Shown here one piece after another: positions 29,297-38,036 of a stretch of 38,036 nt of DNA. Where the stretch lies: NCBI GenBank assembly GCA_900128585.1, contig LT642188.1, positions 1 through 38,036 of the forward strand, given 5' to 3'. The notes below the pieces were generated by a model. The model saw only the letters and a list, made by a program, of their open reading frames with translations, was not told where the DNA came from and did no database searches. A program made the position numbers and the translations under genes. The first letter of the stretch is position 1; every line of letters begins with the position of its first letter. The stretch comes from Stramenopiles sp. TOSAG23-3. Taxonomy: Eukaryota.

Positions 29297-32200
29297 ATGT
29301 CAGATTCTCCCTCCCGGGACCGGGCTGACACCGTTGACAAAGGCGTAGAACTCAAAAGGGTAAAGAAAACGGAGTTTGCAAAACGCCAAAAGTCTCACAT
29401 GGAAAGACACGACACGTTCAAAACGCCAGAGAAATTAAAGCTTGACCGTGAAGAAATCTTGAGTCGGGTATTATCCGTGCGCCCAGACCTTTCGCGAGAA
29501 CGGGGGGGGCACATCGTAGACGATGTACTGCACAAGTACGATAACCACCCAAGGATATTGGCCAACATAATGGACGACCAAGAGAAGCTGAATCGCTTGG
29601 TGAAGGAATTTTGCCCGCACAATACCAGCAAGTGGGCATTTAAAAAGATTCGGGATAAAACAAGGCACTCTATCCGAGAGAAACTCACGGGGCACGGCAT
29701 CGGCGAGGTCTGGGATAGCACTATACTGCTAGCCAGTTTTGTTACTGTTGTGGTGTACGTCGGGGAGACGTACACGGACGGTTTCGACAGCAGTGCGAAG
29801 GAGACGTACGTGACCGTACTTGTATGGACTGATTTTGTGTGCACGCTCTTTTTCCTGTTGGATTTTCTTCTCCATACGGTCGCCGCGGTTCCCTTTTGGA
29901 ATAAAACGTTCGGCGGGTGGTTTTCGTACCCCGCCTACCCTTTTGGCGGCGGCATCATTGATCTGCTCACGGTGGTCCCGTATTTCGTCACCCTCGCAGT
30001 CTTCGGCCCTACGTCTCCCGATATTGGGGACTCGTCTGCAAAGGGTTACATATTTCAAGAACAATTCATTAATAAGGACACAGGCACAATAAAATTTGGG
30101 ATCATCATCATATTGCTGCTGCGCATGCTTCGTGTAATCAAGACGCTCCGCTTTACCAGGGAAGTGCGGCTGGAAAACTGCTTGCGTACGCAGGCTGGGA
30201 TGCAAACCACTTACGCAAAACTTACTGCCATCATAGTGTCGATGTTCTTGGGGTATTTTTGCTTCTTCGCCAGTGTCATATACTTGCTGGAGTATGAACT
30301 TGAACAGCTTCAAGTTGCAATTCACAACCAAGAGTGCCCTTCAAGCTCGTACACCTCGTATCCCTGGGCAACGTGCCCCTCCCTTTGCGTCTCGTCCTCG
30401 GGCTGCCAGGAGCTGACATGGTTCTCGTCCATGTGGATGATCGTAGTAACGTTCACAACCGTAGGGTACGGGGACATCAGCCCCGTGACGGTGTTGGGGC
30501 AAGCGTTTGGGATGATCATCTTGATCATTGGGGTTGGTCTTATCGGTCTAAAAATCGGGGACATGACCACTATCATTACCACGGCCAACGCATACAAAAG
30601 TCCCTACAAGACGATAGAGGAGATTGGCCACATCATCGTTACCGGTACGATCACCAAGGTAAGTCTTAAAGCGCTCCTGAACGAACATTTTCACCCCGAC
30701 CATATGACTCCGGAGAAGTTCGAAGTCGAGGACGTGGTTATTATGAACCCGACTGCCCCCCCTCCGTTTGTGATGCACATGCTCGTTCACGGGGACCACG
30801 CGCTGAAAGTGAGCTATTACGAAGGGGATGTCATGAGCCAGGAGGACCTGGATAACGTTGCGATTAACCAGGCAAAGCACGTGCATCTTCTTGTAAACCC
30901 TGAAGCACCGAACCATGAACTTGACGATGCCAGAATCATGGTCCGAGCGACTGCCTTGAAAAGCCACAATCCGAACGTGACTATTCATGCTCAGTGTCAT
31001 TTGATTGTCACGAAACGGCATTTGGAGAAGCTGATGACACGAGGGACGGAACAGCATTGCCCAGACGCCGTCGTTTGCCTCGATCTGTTGAAAGCTCGAA
31101 TGTTTGCCCAGAACTGCTTGTGCCCAGGATCGTCGACGTTGATTGCGAATCTCTTCGCGTCGTTTTCTGGCCCAGAAAACGCTGTGTACAAAGAAAGTGA
31201 GGCCTTCCTTGACAACTACTTTCATGGATGTGACCAAGAACTGTACTCGAAGCGGGCCCCCACCTGCCTGCAACACCGTTCGTTTGAAGAGGCGGCAGAT
31301 GCAATCTTCCGTGGCCACTTCATAACAAAGGAGGACGGTCCGGACGATGAAGACGAGCCGGGGGGCGTCGTGCTTATCGGGGTAGTAGAAAACCCAGATA
31401 ATGTCGGGAACGAAAAAGGGACGCGCAGAAGAGTCTTAATTAACCCAGGCAAAGACTACCTTATTCCGTCCGATTGCAAGCTCCTTTTGATCGCCGATGA
31501 CGAGGAGGTCGCAACTGCTGTAATGTACGCAACCGAAACTCCAAGAAAAAGCAAGCACAACAAGTACCTTGCTGGGCAAATGCGCATCAATCTGCACCCT
31601 GACAACCACCCGCACAACACCAATATGGAACAGTTAGAGCGTTCGCGGGACGAGAGGGCGGCGCGGCGGAAATCGCTGAACAGGAAGAGCATGAGAAAAG
31701 CTAAGGAATCGGCAGAAGTTGTAGAATTGCAGAGCAATGAGGTCACGTCTGCTCTCTCTAAGGCCCTCGCAAACGGGACCGATGCAGACCACATTAAAAT
31801 TTTAGTTGAGCACACTAAAAAAATTGACAAGAAGTTAGACTCTTTGAGCAAAATGCGCAAAGCAAGGCACAAGATGCGCCTGCATTGGAGGCACCTTGAC
31901 GCGTTCGACGAAGTGGACACGTCCCACCATCTGAAATTCCACAACCATATTGTTATTTGTGGAGACAATCCGAGGCTCAGCGTTTTCGTCGCGTCCGTGC
32001 GGGAATGCCTACCAAAACATTTGGGGCAAGATGGCACTACCGCTAACATCCCCATTGTCGTGCTCAGCCAAACGGATGCCATGCATGGTGGCCGAGCTGC
32101 CTGGGGATTTGGTTTGGAAGAAGTCCCAGAGCACATGATTGCCGACGTTTATCATGCCCAGGGAAATCCGGGAAAATCTCACGATTTGATGGAAGTCTGC

Positions 32201-32959
32201 GTTACTACCGCTGCTTGTGTCATTATTATGCCTACCAGCAACGAAAGCGACAAGGACGAGCTGGACGCAGAGCTCCTTACCACGTTCCTAGCGGTAGAGG
32301 CTGCCTTGGTCGGTGTGGAACACAAGCCCCGCATCATCGTAGAGTCGGCCTACCCGATGGCAATGCACCTGCTGAACACGTACCACCAAACCCATTTCAA
32401 TCCGCACAACAAAATAGACGAGTATGAAGCTGCTGAAGAAATGGTCGTCAGAGACGCCAATAGTTATATTGAAATTCCGTTGTATGCGGCGGGAAAAATT
32501 ATGTCCACAAGCTCCTTGGATGCGATCCTGTGCCAGACTACGTACACCCCTGAGGTTCTTGATTTCTTAAACTGTTGCCTTTCCATGACCCCTGGTGACA
32601 ACCTAAGCGTCATGAACGAAATGGATGATGACCAAAGTTCAGGAATACTGGTCCAAGTGGACGTTGAAGAAGATTATTACGGGAAACCATATATGCGTGT
32701 GTTTGAAGGGATGGTGCAAGAGTATGGTATGATCCCGATCGGACTATACCGATTTGATGGTTACACCGGCTTGCCGTACGTGTACACTTGCCCGGATCCC
32801 AAACATATCATTGAGGAAACCGACAAAGTTTTTGCAATCGTTTCCTTCCCTTGCAACAAAGACTGTTCGGCCTTTCTGGAGGAGCGATCTAGTTGCAATT
32901 GGTTCAGCCCCAAGAGGTCCAAAAGCGTTCCAAGCTCCCCCCGCCCAGGCGGAAATTGA
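29297..32959 (+). CDS. Slo-family (BK/KNa-like) potassium channel alpha subunit
   Basis: Six TM segments, S4 LRMLRVIKTLR, filter TTVGYGD, RCK1 HIIVTG, AQNCLCPGSSTLIANLF, RCK2 HIVICG, LYAAG...LDAILCQ, PIGLYR, YVYTCP. First ATG at 29297. Confidence 0.95.
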   Translation: MSDSPSRDRADTVDKGVELKRVKKTEFAKRQKSHMERHDTFKTPEKLKLDREEILSRVLSVRPDLSRERGGHIVDDVLHKYDNHPRILANIMDDQEKLNRLVKEFCPHNTSKWAFKKIRDKTRHSIREKLTGHGIGEVWDSTILLASFVTVVVYVGETYTDGFDSSAKETYVTVLVWTDFVCTLFFLLDFLLHTVAAVPFWNKTFGGWFSYPAYPFGGGIIDLLTVVPYFVTLAVFGPTSPDIGDSSAKGYIFQEQFINKDTGTIKFGIIIILLLRMLRVIKTLRFTREVRLENCLRTQAGMQTTYAKLTAIIVSMFLGYFCFFASVIYLLEYELEQLQVAIHNQECPSSSYTSYPWATCPSLCVSSSGCQELTWFSSMWMIVVTFTTVGYGDISPVTVLGQAFGMIILIIGVGLIGLKIGDMTTIITTANAYKSPYKTIEEIGHIIVTGTITKVSLKALLNEHFHPDHMTPEKFEVEDVVIMNPTAPPPFVMHMLVHGDHALKVSYYEGDVMSQEDLDNVAINQAKHVHLLVNPEAPNHELDDARIMVRATALKSHNPNVTIHAQCHLIVTKRHLEKLMTRGTEQHCPDAVVCLDLLKARMFAQNCLCPGSSTLIANLFASFSGPENAVYKESEAFLDNYFHGCDQELYSKRAPTCLQHRSFEEAADAIFRGHFITKEDGPDDEDEPGGVVLIGVVENPDNVGNEKGTRRRVLINPGKDYLIPSDCKLLLIADDEEVATAVMYATETPRKSKHNKYLAGQMRINLHPDNHPHNTNMEQLERSRDERAARRKSLNRKSMRKAKESAEVVELQSNEVTSALSKALANGTDADHIKILVEHTKKIDKKLDSLSKMRKARHKMRLHWRHLDAFDEVDTSHHLKFHNHIVICGDNPRLSVFVASVRECLPKHLGQDGTTANIPIVVLSQTDAMHGGRAAWGFGLEEVPEHMIADVYHAQGNPGKSHDLMEVCVTTAACVIIMPTSNESDKDELDAELLTTFLAVEAALVGVEHKPRIIVESAYPMAMHLLNTYHQTHFNPHNKIDEYEAAEEMVVRDANSYIEIPLYAAGKIMSTSSLDAILCQTTYTPEVLDFLNCCLSMTPGDNLSVMNEMDDDQSSGILVQVDVEEDYYGKPYMRVFEGMVQEYGMIPIGLYRFDGYTGLPYVYTCPDPKHIIEETDKVFAIVSFPCNKDCSAFLEERSSCNWFSPKRSKSVPSSPRPGGN

Positions 32960-33328
32960 CAGCACAATTCAGAAGGCAGAATCGATGTAAAAAAACTTAA
33001 TCTTTGCTCTTTTGGTCTGTAAAAAAACTTCTTAATAAAAACTTATCTTTAAACTGACACCACTTGTTATTCTACGTAAGTTTAGGTATTTAAAATTTAT
33101 CTTCTTCCTGTACCGCGAATTTATTTCTGCTCCTTATGTTCAGTAAACTAAAAAGTTAAATTTGAAAATACTTTCCATGCGAAATGCGATGCGTTCTTAT
33201 GGATGATTCTTGTCAATAAAAAAATCTTTCCACTGCATTTTCAAATCTGTTATTAAGAATTCTTAAATCATTCGGCGCGTAAGTTTTACTTTTGCTTTTT
33301 CGAGTTCGACTTAAATTTTTTTCTTGTT

Positions 33329-35551
33329 TCACTTTTGTCGTTTGTTGGTCGTTTTTTTTCCCACATTACCCCTTCCTCTCTTCCTGCTTCTGTCAAAGCC
33401 GTTAACGCCCGTTTCGGCGTTTAACCTTTTTAAATCGGCTGAAGCCTCATCGGCGTTACCTTCGCCGCTTTCGACAATGTCTTTATAGATTTCAATCGCT
33501 TTTCCAACGTCTATTTTACAGCCATTGCCATTTTCATAGTACTGCGCAAGACGGTACTGAGCGGCATCATCCCCTTCTTCAGCAGCTTGTTGATATAATC
33601 CAAATGCCTTTTTCAAATCCTTTTTTACCCCATCCCCATTTTCATAGTACGAAGCAAGGTTGTACAGAGCCACGGGGCTCCCTTGTTCGGCTGCTTTTGA
33701 GTACCACTCAAACGCCTTTTTGAAATCTTTTTCCACGCCATCCCCACTTTCGTACAGCACAGCTACCCTCGTTTGAGCTACCTCATCTCCTTCCTCGGCT
33801 GCTTTATAGAACCATTCCATTGCTCTTTTGGAATCTTGCTCAACGCCTCGGCCATCCAAGTACATGTCCGCCAGATCTACCATTGCTTCAGCCTCTCCTT
33901 GCTCTGCTGCTTTGGTGCAGAATTCAAACGCCTTTTCCAGGTCTTTCTCCACCCCTTCTCCATGCTCGTAGCATGAAGCAACATTGTGTTGCGCCTTTGC
34001 ATCACCTTGTTCGGCTGCTTCTAAATACCATTTAAATGCTTTTTTTAAATCCTGGATCACGCCTTCCCCACTTTCATAGTAGGAGCCAAGATTGTACTGC
34101 GCCAACGGAAATCCTAGGTTAGCGGCGCTTAAATAGAACTCAAAGGCTTTTTTCATATCCTTTTCGACACCCCCTTCTCCGGTTTCATGCATTAACCCAG
34201 CGTTGTAATTCGATTCAGCTAATTCCATCCTAGCCTCTGCCCCCATTTGACATTGCTGGGCAACGAAGGGGTCTGGCAGGGAAATCCAGCTGTCTTTTCC
34301 TGTTGCGTACTCCTCGTCTGTCAAAAGGCAGTTTTCCAGCACTGCTTTCATAGCGGGAACATCCATTCGTTGCCCTATTAGCACCAGGGCTTGCTGCCGA
34401 TCGCCGTGGGGCTCGCGCCAGAGAGGGTCAATGACCTCTTTAATTTTTTCAGGCCATTGTTTTTTTGGTATCGTTGCCCACCAAACAGGTCCAGGTTGAA
34501 GCGAATAATGCTGGCCTGCTAGCGCAAAAATAGCCTGCTTGTCGTACTGTGACGCAAGCCAAGCAAAACCTTTTGCGCGTAGAATGGTCTTGAACGGCCC
34601 CTGTCTCTGGGCCATCATGTCCAATGCGTTTTGCAGCCTTTCCGGGTGCATCGGGCGACCGGATTTAAACGAAAACGAATGAATACCGTACTCTTCCGTC
34701 TCCGGGACGTGCTCTCCGGTTCTTGCCTCTTTCAGCCATTCCTCGTGTTGCTCCCCCCAACTCATTGTGAATCGCTTTGTTCCAAGGACTTTCGTTGGAT
34801 CTACCAGACCATTTGTGGTTTCGATAATTTCTGCCTCTGGGTTGAACTTTTTTAGAAGCGCGCGAACAATGCCTTTCTGGGTCTCATTGATCAGGTCACA
34901 CTTGTTCAGCACGATTACGTTCGCAAACTCTACCTGGTCACAGAGTAAATGTGAAATTGTCCTTTCGTCCTCTGCATCAGCGTGCCAACCCCTGCTACGC
35001 AACGATTCTAACGTTTTAAGCTCACGAAGGAACGATTCTCCGTCGACAACAGTGACCAAAGTGTCCAGCGTAGCCACGTCGGACAGATTCACGCCTTTGT
35101 CGTCCTTGAACGTAAACGTCTCTGCCACCGGCAGCGGTTCCGAAATACCGCTCGATTCGATTACCAAATAATCAAACCGCTGCTGTGCGGCCAATGCGGA
35201 AACTTCCGTGAGTAAATCTTCCCTCAACGTGCAACAAATGCAGCCGTTGGAAAGTTCGATCATGCTTTCCTCCGTCTGTTTTAAGGAAACGCCGTTTTGC
35301 AAAAGTGCAGCGTCGATATTTATTGCGCCCATATCGTTTACAATTAGCGCTACTTTCAGTCCTTGCCGGTTTTGCAGTACGTGTGTCAACAGGGTAGTTT
35401 TCCCTGCTCCCAGAAAGCCTGAAAGTACCGTCACAGGCAACAGCTTTTGCCCCTTCATCTTTTGCACCAATGCACGCATGTCCTGAGACTCTTTCTTCGT
35501 GGGGGCCTTTGGTGGCACGGCCGCTGTATGTTGCTGTGTTTTCTTCGACAT
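33329..35551 (-). CDS. COG0523/CobW-family metal-binding GTPase (YciC/ZagA-like) fused to seven Sel1-like repeats
   Basis: PVTVLSGFLGAGKTTLL, SNGCICCTLREDLL, IESSGISEPLPVAETF, NKCD, PETEEYGI, LRAKGF, GDRQQALVLIG. Then seven 36-aa AQYNLGxxYExGxGVxxDxKKAFxWYxxAAEQG-type repeats. Confidence 0.95.
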   Translation of the reverse strand: MSKKTQQHTAAVPPKAPTKKESQDMRALVQKMKGQKLLPVTVLSGFLGAGKTTLLTHVLQNRQGLKVALIVNDMGAINIDAALLQNGVSLKQTEESMIELSNGCICCTLREDLLTEVSALAAQQRFDYLVIESSGISEPLPVAETFTFKDDKGVNLSDVATLDTLVTVVDGESFLRELKTLESLRSRGWHADAEDERTISHLLCDQVEFANVIVLNKCDLINETQKGIVRALLKKFNPEAEIIETTNGLVDPTKVLGTKRFTMSWGEQHEEWLKEARTGEHVPETEEYGIHSFSFKSGRPMHPERLQNALDMMAQRQGPFKTILRAKGFAWLASQYDKQAIFALAGQHYSLQPGPVWWATIPKKQWPEKIKEVIDPLWREPHGDRQQALVLIGQRMDVPAMKAVLENCLLTDEEYATGKDSWISLPDPFVAQQCQMGAEARMELAESNYNAGLMHETGEGGVEKDMKKAFEFYLSAANLGFPLAQYNLGSYYESGEGVIQDLKKAFKWYLEAAEQGDAKAQHNVASCYEHGEGVEKDLEKAFEFCTKAAEQGEAEAMVDLADMYLDGRGVEQDSKRAMEWFYKAAEEGDEVAQTRVAVLYESGDGVEKDFKKAFEWYSKAAEQGSPVALYNLASYYENGDGVKKDLKKAFGLYQQAAEEGDDAAQYRLAQYYENGNGCKIDVGKAIEIYKDIVESGEGNADEASADLKRLNAETGVNGFDRSRKRGRGNVGKKTTNKRQK

Positions 35552-36752
35552 TTTTGGATACTTTGCAGTGATCGTGTATGCTTTTGCAGTTTCTTGCTCG
35601 TGGTGATTACACTAAGATCCAACCGCGTTGAAAACGTTGACATTCTCCTTCCGAATTATTTAGTCGAGTAGTCACACTCCTGTACAAGAAAGGCGCATCA
35701 AATCCAAATATGTATAACTAACATAGGAGATAATATGTTCTTCGCGTATTATTTTATTATTATTATTTATAATAAATAATAAATTACTGCCGCGTACTAA
35801 CTACTACTAACTATCATCAAAAAAAAAAAAAATAAAGTTTTTTTTTACAATGATAATTCACTGTAAATAACAACCACTAAAATAGAAATGGTTGTGGAAC
35901 GTAAAAAGCTGTAAATATATTAGACTATAATACAAGGAACAGGACCGTGTATAATCATTGGAATTATCACTGTATACAACTACGCGTACTAGTATACTAC
36001 GAATAATGCGTATACTACGAGGGATGTAGGACTACTAGACTACTAGAACGAACGACCAAAAAATAAATTGTTCCGGAGTCACTGAGTCTTAACTTAAAAT
36101 TAGATAAATGTAAAAATGTAATAATAAAAATATTATCTAAAATATGATGTACAATTTAAAATATTGAATAGGTATCATAATTGACAACCGTTTCGGCGCA
36201 TTTTTCTCCTCACACTGCTGTCTTTGTTACAGTATTATCGTGTTATTATTAGTTATAATGATAGATAAATAAATATAATAATATTAGAATAAATACATAT
36301 ACACAACAGGAAGAAGAAGAAAAAAGAAGAAGAGGAAAAAATTATTTTATTATTATTATACCTTCCTATACAATGTAGATTTTGGCATTAATACTTCACC
36401 CTTCACTGTACTCTCCCTATATTCCGTACCAAATTAACTGCCTCTCGAATGCTCGATGTGTGTTTCTTCTTGGGTCTCTTTCGCTCGCTCGCCACCGCTA
36501 TTGGTAACGGAAGTATTAAAATAACCGTCGCGTTCGACCACGCACCTCTAACGTTTTATATAAACTGATTGCCAACGTTTTACTATTAGAATTTTCATTT
36601 ACTATATCACTCGATATAGTTTATTCTAGAGGAACGTATTTTTTTCCTGCTTGTGAACATTTACATCCGCCAGTGAGGGTAAGAGACTGAATAGTAACGC
36701 TTTGGGCAAACTAAACTTGGTGCATAACAATCGCTTAAATTAGAGCCTAGGG

Positions 36753-37832
36753 ATGAACATGGTGTTTGGTTGGAGGAAAAAAAAGCCCGCTGAAATTGTC
36801 AAAAAACTTTCAAAGCATCTGGAAACCTTGACAAAAGCACCAAGTTCTAGGCAAGTAGAGCATGCACACGCAAGCATTATTCAAACTTTGCAAGACTTAA
36901 AGGCTCTTCTCGTTGGGTCGGATGGAAAAAGTACTTCCACTTCTAAACGAAAGAAAAGAAAAATTGAAGCGAGGCCAGAAGACCGTCAGATTATTGCAGA
37001 ACATGTAGTTAACATGAATGTGTTCATCGTGTTAATAACCCAAATGCACAAAATGCCTTTCGAAACCAAGAAAGACATAGCATTTTTGTTTAATTTCCTG
37101 TTTCACCACGAAAAGATATTTCAAGAGTACGTTCTCGGGAATCCCTCCATAATATGGACCATAGTTAGTGGGTACAGACCTGAAAATAAGGCCGTTTCAA
37201 TGGCGTGCGGGAAAATGTTAGAAGAGTGTATAAAAAATAGCAAGGTTTGTCACCTTATTTTGACATCGAACGAGTTGTGGAGGTTTTTAGACACTTACAT
37301 TGTGCTGAAAGACTTCGAAACCCAGAGTTCGGCGTTTGATGTATTGAAGGGCTTAATGACGCTGCACCCCTCTGTATCGGCTGAATTTTTTGAGCAACGG
37401 TACGAAAAGTTCTTCTCTTCCTTCAACGACTTGTTGCGATCCGACGAATACGTTGTTCGTAGGCATGCGACGAAGGTAATGTGCCGCACCTTGACCATTC
37501 CGGAACATTTTGACACAATGATGCGCTACGTTAGCTCCAAATCACACTTGAAAATTTGGATGAATTTGCTTAGAGATGACAGTGACCAAGTACAACTCGA
37601 CGCGTTCCACGTATTTAAGTTGTTCGTTGCGAACCCCCAAATGCCAAAGGATGTTGATCATACACTGACCACAAATGGAAAAAGGTTGATTTCCTTTTTG
37701 AACAGATTCCACGATAAGTCCCACTCTGTGGATGAAGATTTTTTTGCGGAAAAGTCGATGATTATAGACCACATCAAGAAAATGAGCTCCAGTCCTTTTG
37801 GAGACCTTACTGGCCTGCATAACAATTCATAA
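36753..37832 (+). CDS. CAB39: MO25/CAB39-like scaffold protein
   Basis: KKPAEIVK, PFETKKD, CGKMLEECI, FETQSSAF, YVVRRHATK, MNLLRDDSDQVQLDAFHVFKLFVANP, FFAEK. Confidence 0.93.
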   Translation: MNMVFGWRKKKPAEIVKKLSKHLETLTKAPSSRQVEHAHASIIQTLQDLKALLVGSDGKSTSTSKRKKRKIEARPEDRQIIAEHVVNMNVFIVLITQMHKMPFETKKDIAFLFNFLFHHEKIFQEYVLGNPSIIWTIVSGYRPENKAVSMACGKMLEECIKNSKVCHLILTSNELWRFLDTYIVLKDFETQSSAFDVLKGLMTLHPSVSAEFFEQRYEKFFSSFNDLLRSDEYVVRRHATKVMCRTLTIPEHFDTMMRYVSSKSHLKIWMNLLRDDSDQVQLDAFHVFKLFVANPQMPKDVDHTLTTNGKRLISFLNRFHDKSHSVDEDFFAEKSMIIDHIKKMSSSPFGDLTGLHNNS

Positions 37833-38036
37833 AGAGAGGGGAAGGAAAAATGTTCGCGCGCGTACACGGTAGAAGTATTTTCGGGCTTATCTGCGAGAGA
37901 AGAATTATTTTACATACTATATCATTAGTTTTTTTACATACTATATAATTTGTTTTTGGGCGAATACCAGTTACAGACACACAACAACTGTATAAGTCTG
38001 ATAAACGAACAAGCGGAAAATAACCTACGGGCAGTT

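Noticed and set aside
1-38036. Giant-virus or prokaryotic origin suggested by intron-less genes
   Set aside because: Core eukaryotic housekeeping genes (EMC3, ATG13, uL23m, MO25, DNAJC3) and long microsatellite-rich spacers, with no viral hallmark genes or operons.

Overview
Eukaryotic nuclear DNA from a gene-dense protist. A stramenopile-like heterotroph is my guess, but that is inference and no marker gene in the window proves it. Sixteen apparently intron-less, relatively GC-rich CDSs in the standard code alternate with very AT-rich, microsatellite-laden spacers, mostly as divergent/convergent pairs. Recognisable genes: EMC3, DNAJC3/P58IPK (with a probable poly-G frameshift at its 3' end), TPI, mitochondrial uL23, ATG13, a Slo/BK-type K+ channel, MO25/CAB39, an SDR and a Canopy/saposin-like protein. 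Unusual architectures: (1) a small secreted multi-core peptide precursor with repeated GGY...[W/F]D[E/K]M beta-strand cores and two 6-Cys modules; (2) a bacterial-type COG0523/CobW GTPase fused to seven Sel1 repeats; (3) a GSTCD-type plus EFM7/NNT1-type double methyltransferase; (4) a PNUTS-like protein with a PDZ-like N-terminus and two CCAR1/DBC1-type S1-like domains; (5) a secreted RI-type LRR protein; (6) a secreted Ser-Gly/acidic proteoglycan-like protein. A short dispersed element (AAAATTGGCTGTTATTT core, one copy with inverted termini) sits only in convergent spacers. I found no rRNA, tRNA, CRISPR array or transposase. All family calls come from motif recognition by eye, not from database searches.
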